Shown one piece after another: positions 35,583 to 37,649 of a stretch of 37,649 nucleotides of DNA. The notes beneath the pieces are model-generated. The model had not been told where the DNA came from, did not search any database, and saw nothing but the letters and a program-made list of their open reading frames with translations. Location: the IMG/VR virus record IMGVR_UViG_2579778631_000021. One strand, written 5' to 3'. Source of the stretch: a virus. Its lineage: Duplodnaviria > Heunggongvirae > Uroviricota > Caudoviricetes. Position 1 is the first letter of the stretch. Each line of letters starts with the position of its first letter. The position numbers were made by a program, and so were the translations under genes.

Positions 35583-37649
35583 ATGTCAGATATCACCGCA
35601 AATGTTGTGGTAAGCATGCCTTCGCAACTCTTCACTATGGCGCGTTCTTTTAAAGCCGTAGCCAATGGCAAAATTTATATCGGTAAAATTGACACTGACC
35701 CTGTAAATTCTGAAAACCAGATTCAGGTTTATGTGGAGAACGAAGATGGCTCTCACGTTCCTGTATCGCAACCAATCATCATTAACGCTGCTGGTTACCC
35801 GGTATATAACGGACAGATTGCCAAATTCGTTACCGTGCAAGGCCATTCAATTGCTGTTTATGATGCGTATGGTGCGCAGCAGTTCTATTTTCCTAATGTG
35901 CTGAAGTATGACCCTGACCAACTAAGACAGGAGTTAGATGGTGTTGGTGGGGTTAATTTAGTAAATGGGGCATTACATGGTGCCATGGATTCAGATCCAA
36001 ATGTTGGTTTTAAAATCACCACATCCTCAGGTGAGATTTACGAATATGCTCCGGGAATTACAGGTCTTGCCGATGGGTTTTCGGTATCAGCATCACAGTT
36101 ATATTTAACAAGGAATGGCCTATCTTATAAATACTCTTCACCTCATAACACACTGGTTTGGCCATCTCAGTATATCGATACGAGTGCTGATGCGAAATAT
36201 TCAATTGAATCTATTATGGCGCACGGATTGAATGTGGACCTTAACGGAACTACAGTTAAAGCCAGCACCATTAATATTACGAAAGATTTGATTAATGGTG
36301 AAATTGTTGCTATCGGAGATGAAGGATCATTTATAACAGTAAACTCATGCATGCTTAACAATATTAAAGTTAACTGCAATATGATGGCAATTAGAAGGCC
36401 TGTTCATATCAAAACAGGGGCTGTTAATCCAGTAGTTAAGAATGTTGATGTTTTTGATAGTAATGGTTCTCAACTAACTTATGGTATTTTCATAGATGCA
36501 AATTCTGTATTGAATTTTGTCGTTGATAACATATCAATACATAATATTACCACCATTGGAAATGGTATTCAGGGTGATGTAATTGGGCCATGTCGAGGGA
36601 TTCTTGTAGGAACGGCACTTGATCCAGTACCATCAAATGATGATGAGGTATCAAGTGGAGTTATAAGTAACGTAAGGATTTACAAGCTAAACCCTTGGGA
36701 AGATGCTGATGGTGTTGTTATTCAGATTTACAACTCATCATCAAATATGCTCAGCGGGAAGAAAATAAAGGTTGATGGCGTTTATACTTACAATGCACTT
36801 AAGCGAGCAGTCAAAGTTCAGGCCAATGATGTTACAGTAACAAATGTATTTGCGGTTTGTGATGACGCCTCAGCAACTAACCCTATGTATAGTTGTGTTA
36901 GTGTTTATGGTAGTTCCTGTGTTGTTCGTGGTGTTAGTGGGCGAGGAAGGATTGGCAATGGTGTTGATTCATCTGATGGGTTCAATACTATCAGTGATGT
37001 TTATCTTAAGACGACAGCAACCTATGAGCTAAGCGCAGGTCTACAGATAACTTCCGGGCAGGTAAACGCGAATAACATTCACTCTGAAGGATCAAGATAC
37101 ATAGTCGCAATTCGGGCAGTTAATAACACAACACCGTATGTAAATATTAATGGCATATATGGGCAAGGTTATGACGGGGCGATTTTGTTAGAAATCAGAT
37201 ACGGATTTAATATTGGTAATGTTTACTTAAGTGATATTTCAGTATCAAGTTCAAATCCCACAAGGTCTTCATTCTTCTTTGATATATTATCAGGTGGAAG
37301 TATATCTCTGATCAGCGTGTCAGACGTCAAGAGAATCAGTCAGGCATTTAACGGAGCAGATATAAACATTTCTGGTGGGGTTGCAAAAGCTATTGTTAAA
37401 AATTCAGTTTTTGAGAGTGGTTCGTCAAGCGTTGGTGTATCAATGACAACTGGTACTTTAGTTGCATCAAATATATCAGCACAAAGTAAATCTTATGCTG
37501 TCAACGCTGTACAAACCACAAATTCACTTATAAATAACATTGATGGAATCGTTAGGGTTGATAGCACAACCAACAGTAATGTCGGCCTTTACAGAGGGAT
37601 TACCTCTGTTGGGACTAACACAGGACTGAAAACTGTTTTCTATCAATAA
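35583..37649 (+). CDS. Tailspike protein (P22-type head-binding domain + divergent receptor-binding beta-helix)
   Basis: First ~110 aa ([42 protein letters not shown]...VLKYDPDQ) match the conserved P22 gp9 N-terminal domain; remaining ~575 aa is a Ser/Asn/Val/Gly-rich repeat-like domain with lower GC. Confidence 0.9.
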   Translation: MSDITANVVVSMPSQLFTMARSFKAVANGKIYIGKIDTDPVNSENQIQVYVENEDGSHVPVSQPIIINAAGYPVYNGQIAKFVTVQGHSIAVYDAYGAQQFYFPNVLKYDPDQLRQELDGVGGVNLVNGALHGAMDSDPNVGFKITTSSGEIYEYAPGITGLADGFSVSASQLYLTRNGLSYKYSSPHNTLVWPSQYIDTSADAKYSIESIMAHGLNVDLNGTTVKASTINITKDLINGEIVAIGDEGSFITVNSCMLNNIKVNCNMMAIRRPVHIKTGAVNPVVKNVDVFDSNGSQLTYGIFIDANSVLNFVVDNISIHNITTIGNGIQGDVIGPCRGILVGTALDPVPSNDDEVSSGVISNVRIYKLNPWEDADGVVIQIYNSSSNMLSGKKIKVDGVYTYNALKRAVKVQANDVTVTNVFAVCDDASATNPMYSCVSVYGSSCVVRGVSGRGRIGNGVDSSDGFNTISDVYLKTTATYELSAGLQITSGQVNANNIHSEGSRYIVAIRAVNNTTPYVNINGIYGQGYDGAILLEIRYGFNIGNVYLSDISVSSSNPTRSSFFFDILSGGSISLISVSDVKRISQAFNGADINISGGVAKAIVKNSVFESGSSSVGVSMTTGTLVASNISAQSKSYAVNAVQTTNSLINNIDGIVRVDSTTNSNVGLYRGITSVGTNTGLKTVFYQ

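Larger units (their letters stand above)
1331..37649. mobile_element. Lambdoid prophage with P22-like morphogenesis genes; left end at attL, right end beyond window
   Basis: Contiguous phage gene modules from attL/int to tailspike; no attR inside window. Confidence 0.9.

Noticed and set aside
21468-37649. Possibility that the structural region hides an inserted defense system
   Set aside because: Gene order and sizes follow the P22 morphogenesis module gene-for-gene with overlapping or closely abutting starts and stops; the only extra elements are the small post-coat ORF and the SLT-domain extension, both noted separately

Overview
This window is the left ~36 kb of a mosaic lambdoid prophage integrated at the lambda attB site beside the host gene ybhC (1-1284, minus strand). 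All calls come from reading the six-frame translations and the DNA by eye; no searches were run, and family names rest on recalled signatures. Layout: attL (lambda core GCTTTTTTATACTAA at 1331-1345 plus P' arm), lambda-type int and xis, then a leftward early operon with accessory genes and a recombination module (DEDDh exonuclease, SSB, Rad52-like annealase). Next is a lambda-like immunity region (N-like protein, cI, cro, cII) with its own AATAC..GTATT operators at OL and OR and identical boxB hairpins at nutL and nutR. Then come replication genes (O with in-gene iterons, DnaC-like loader), a nin region (ninB, Dam-like methyltransferase, ninE, ninF, RusA, ninH, a non-lambda Q) and a lambda-type S/R/Rz/Rz1 lysis cassette. 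The right half is a complete P22-like head and tail module (gp3, gp2, portal, scaffold, coat, gp4, gp10, gp26, gp14, gp7, gp20, gp16-position protein, mnt, tailspike). The best candidates for undescribed accessory functions are single genes rather than a multi-gene system: a small polytopic membrane protein sitting at the rexAB position directly downstream of cI, and a T5orf172 (GIY-YIG-like) domain protein inserted between cII and O. Lesser candidates are a SieB-like protein, an orphan Dam methyltransferase, an orphan Mnt repressor and a divergent AT-rich tailspike receptor domain. No rRNA, tRNA or CRISPR array was seen.
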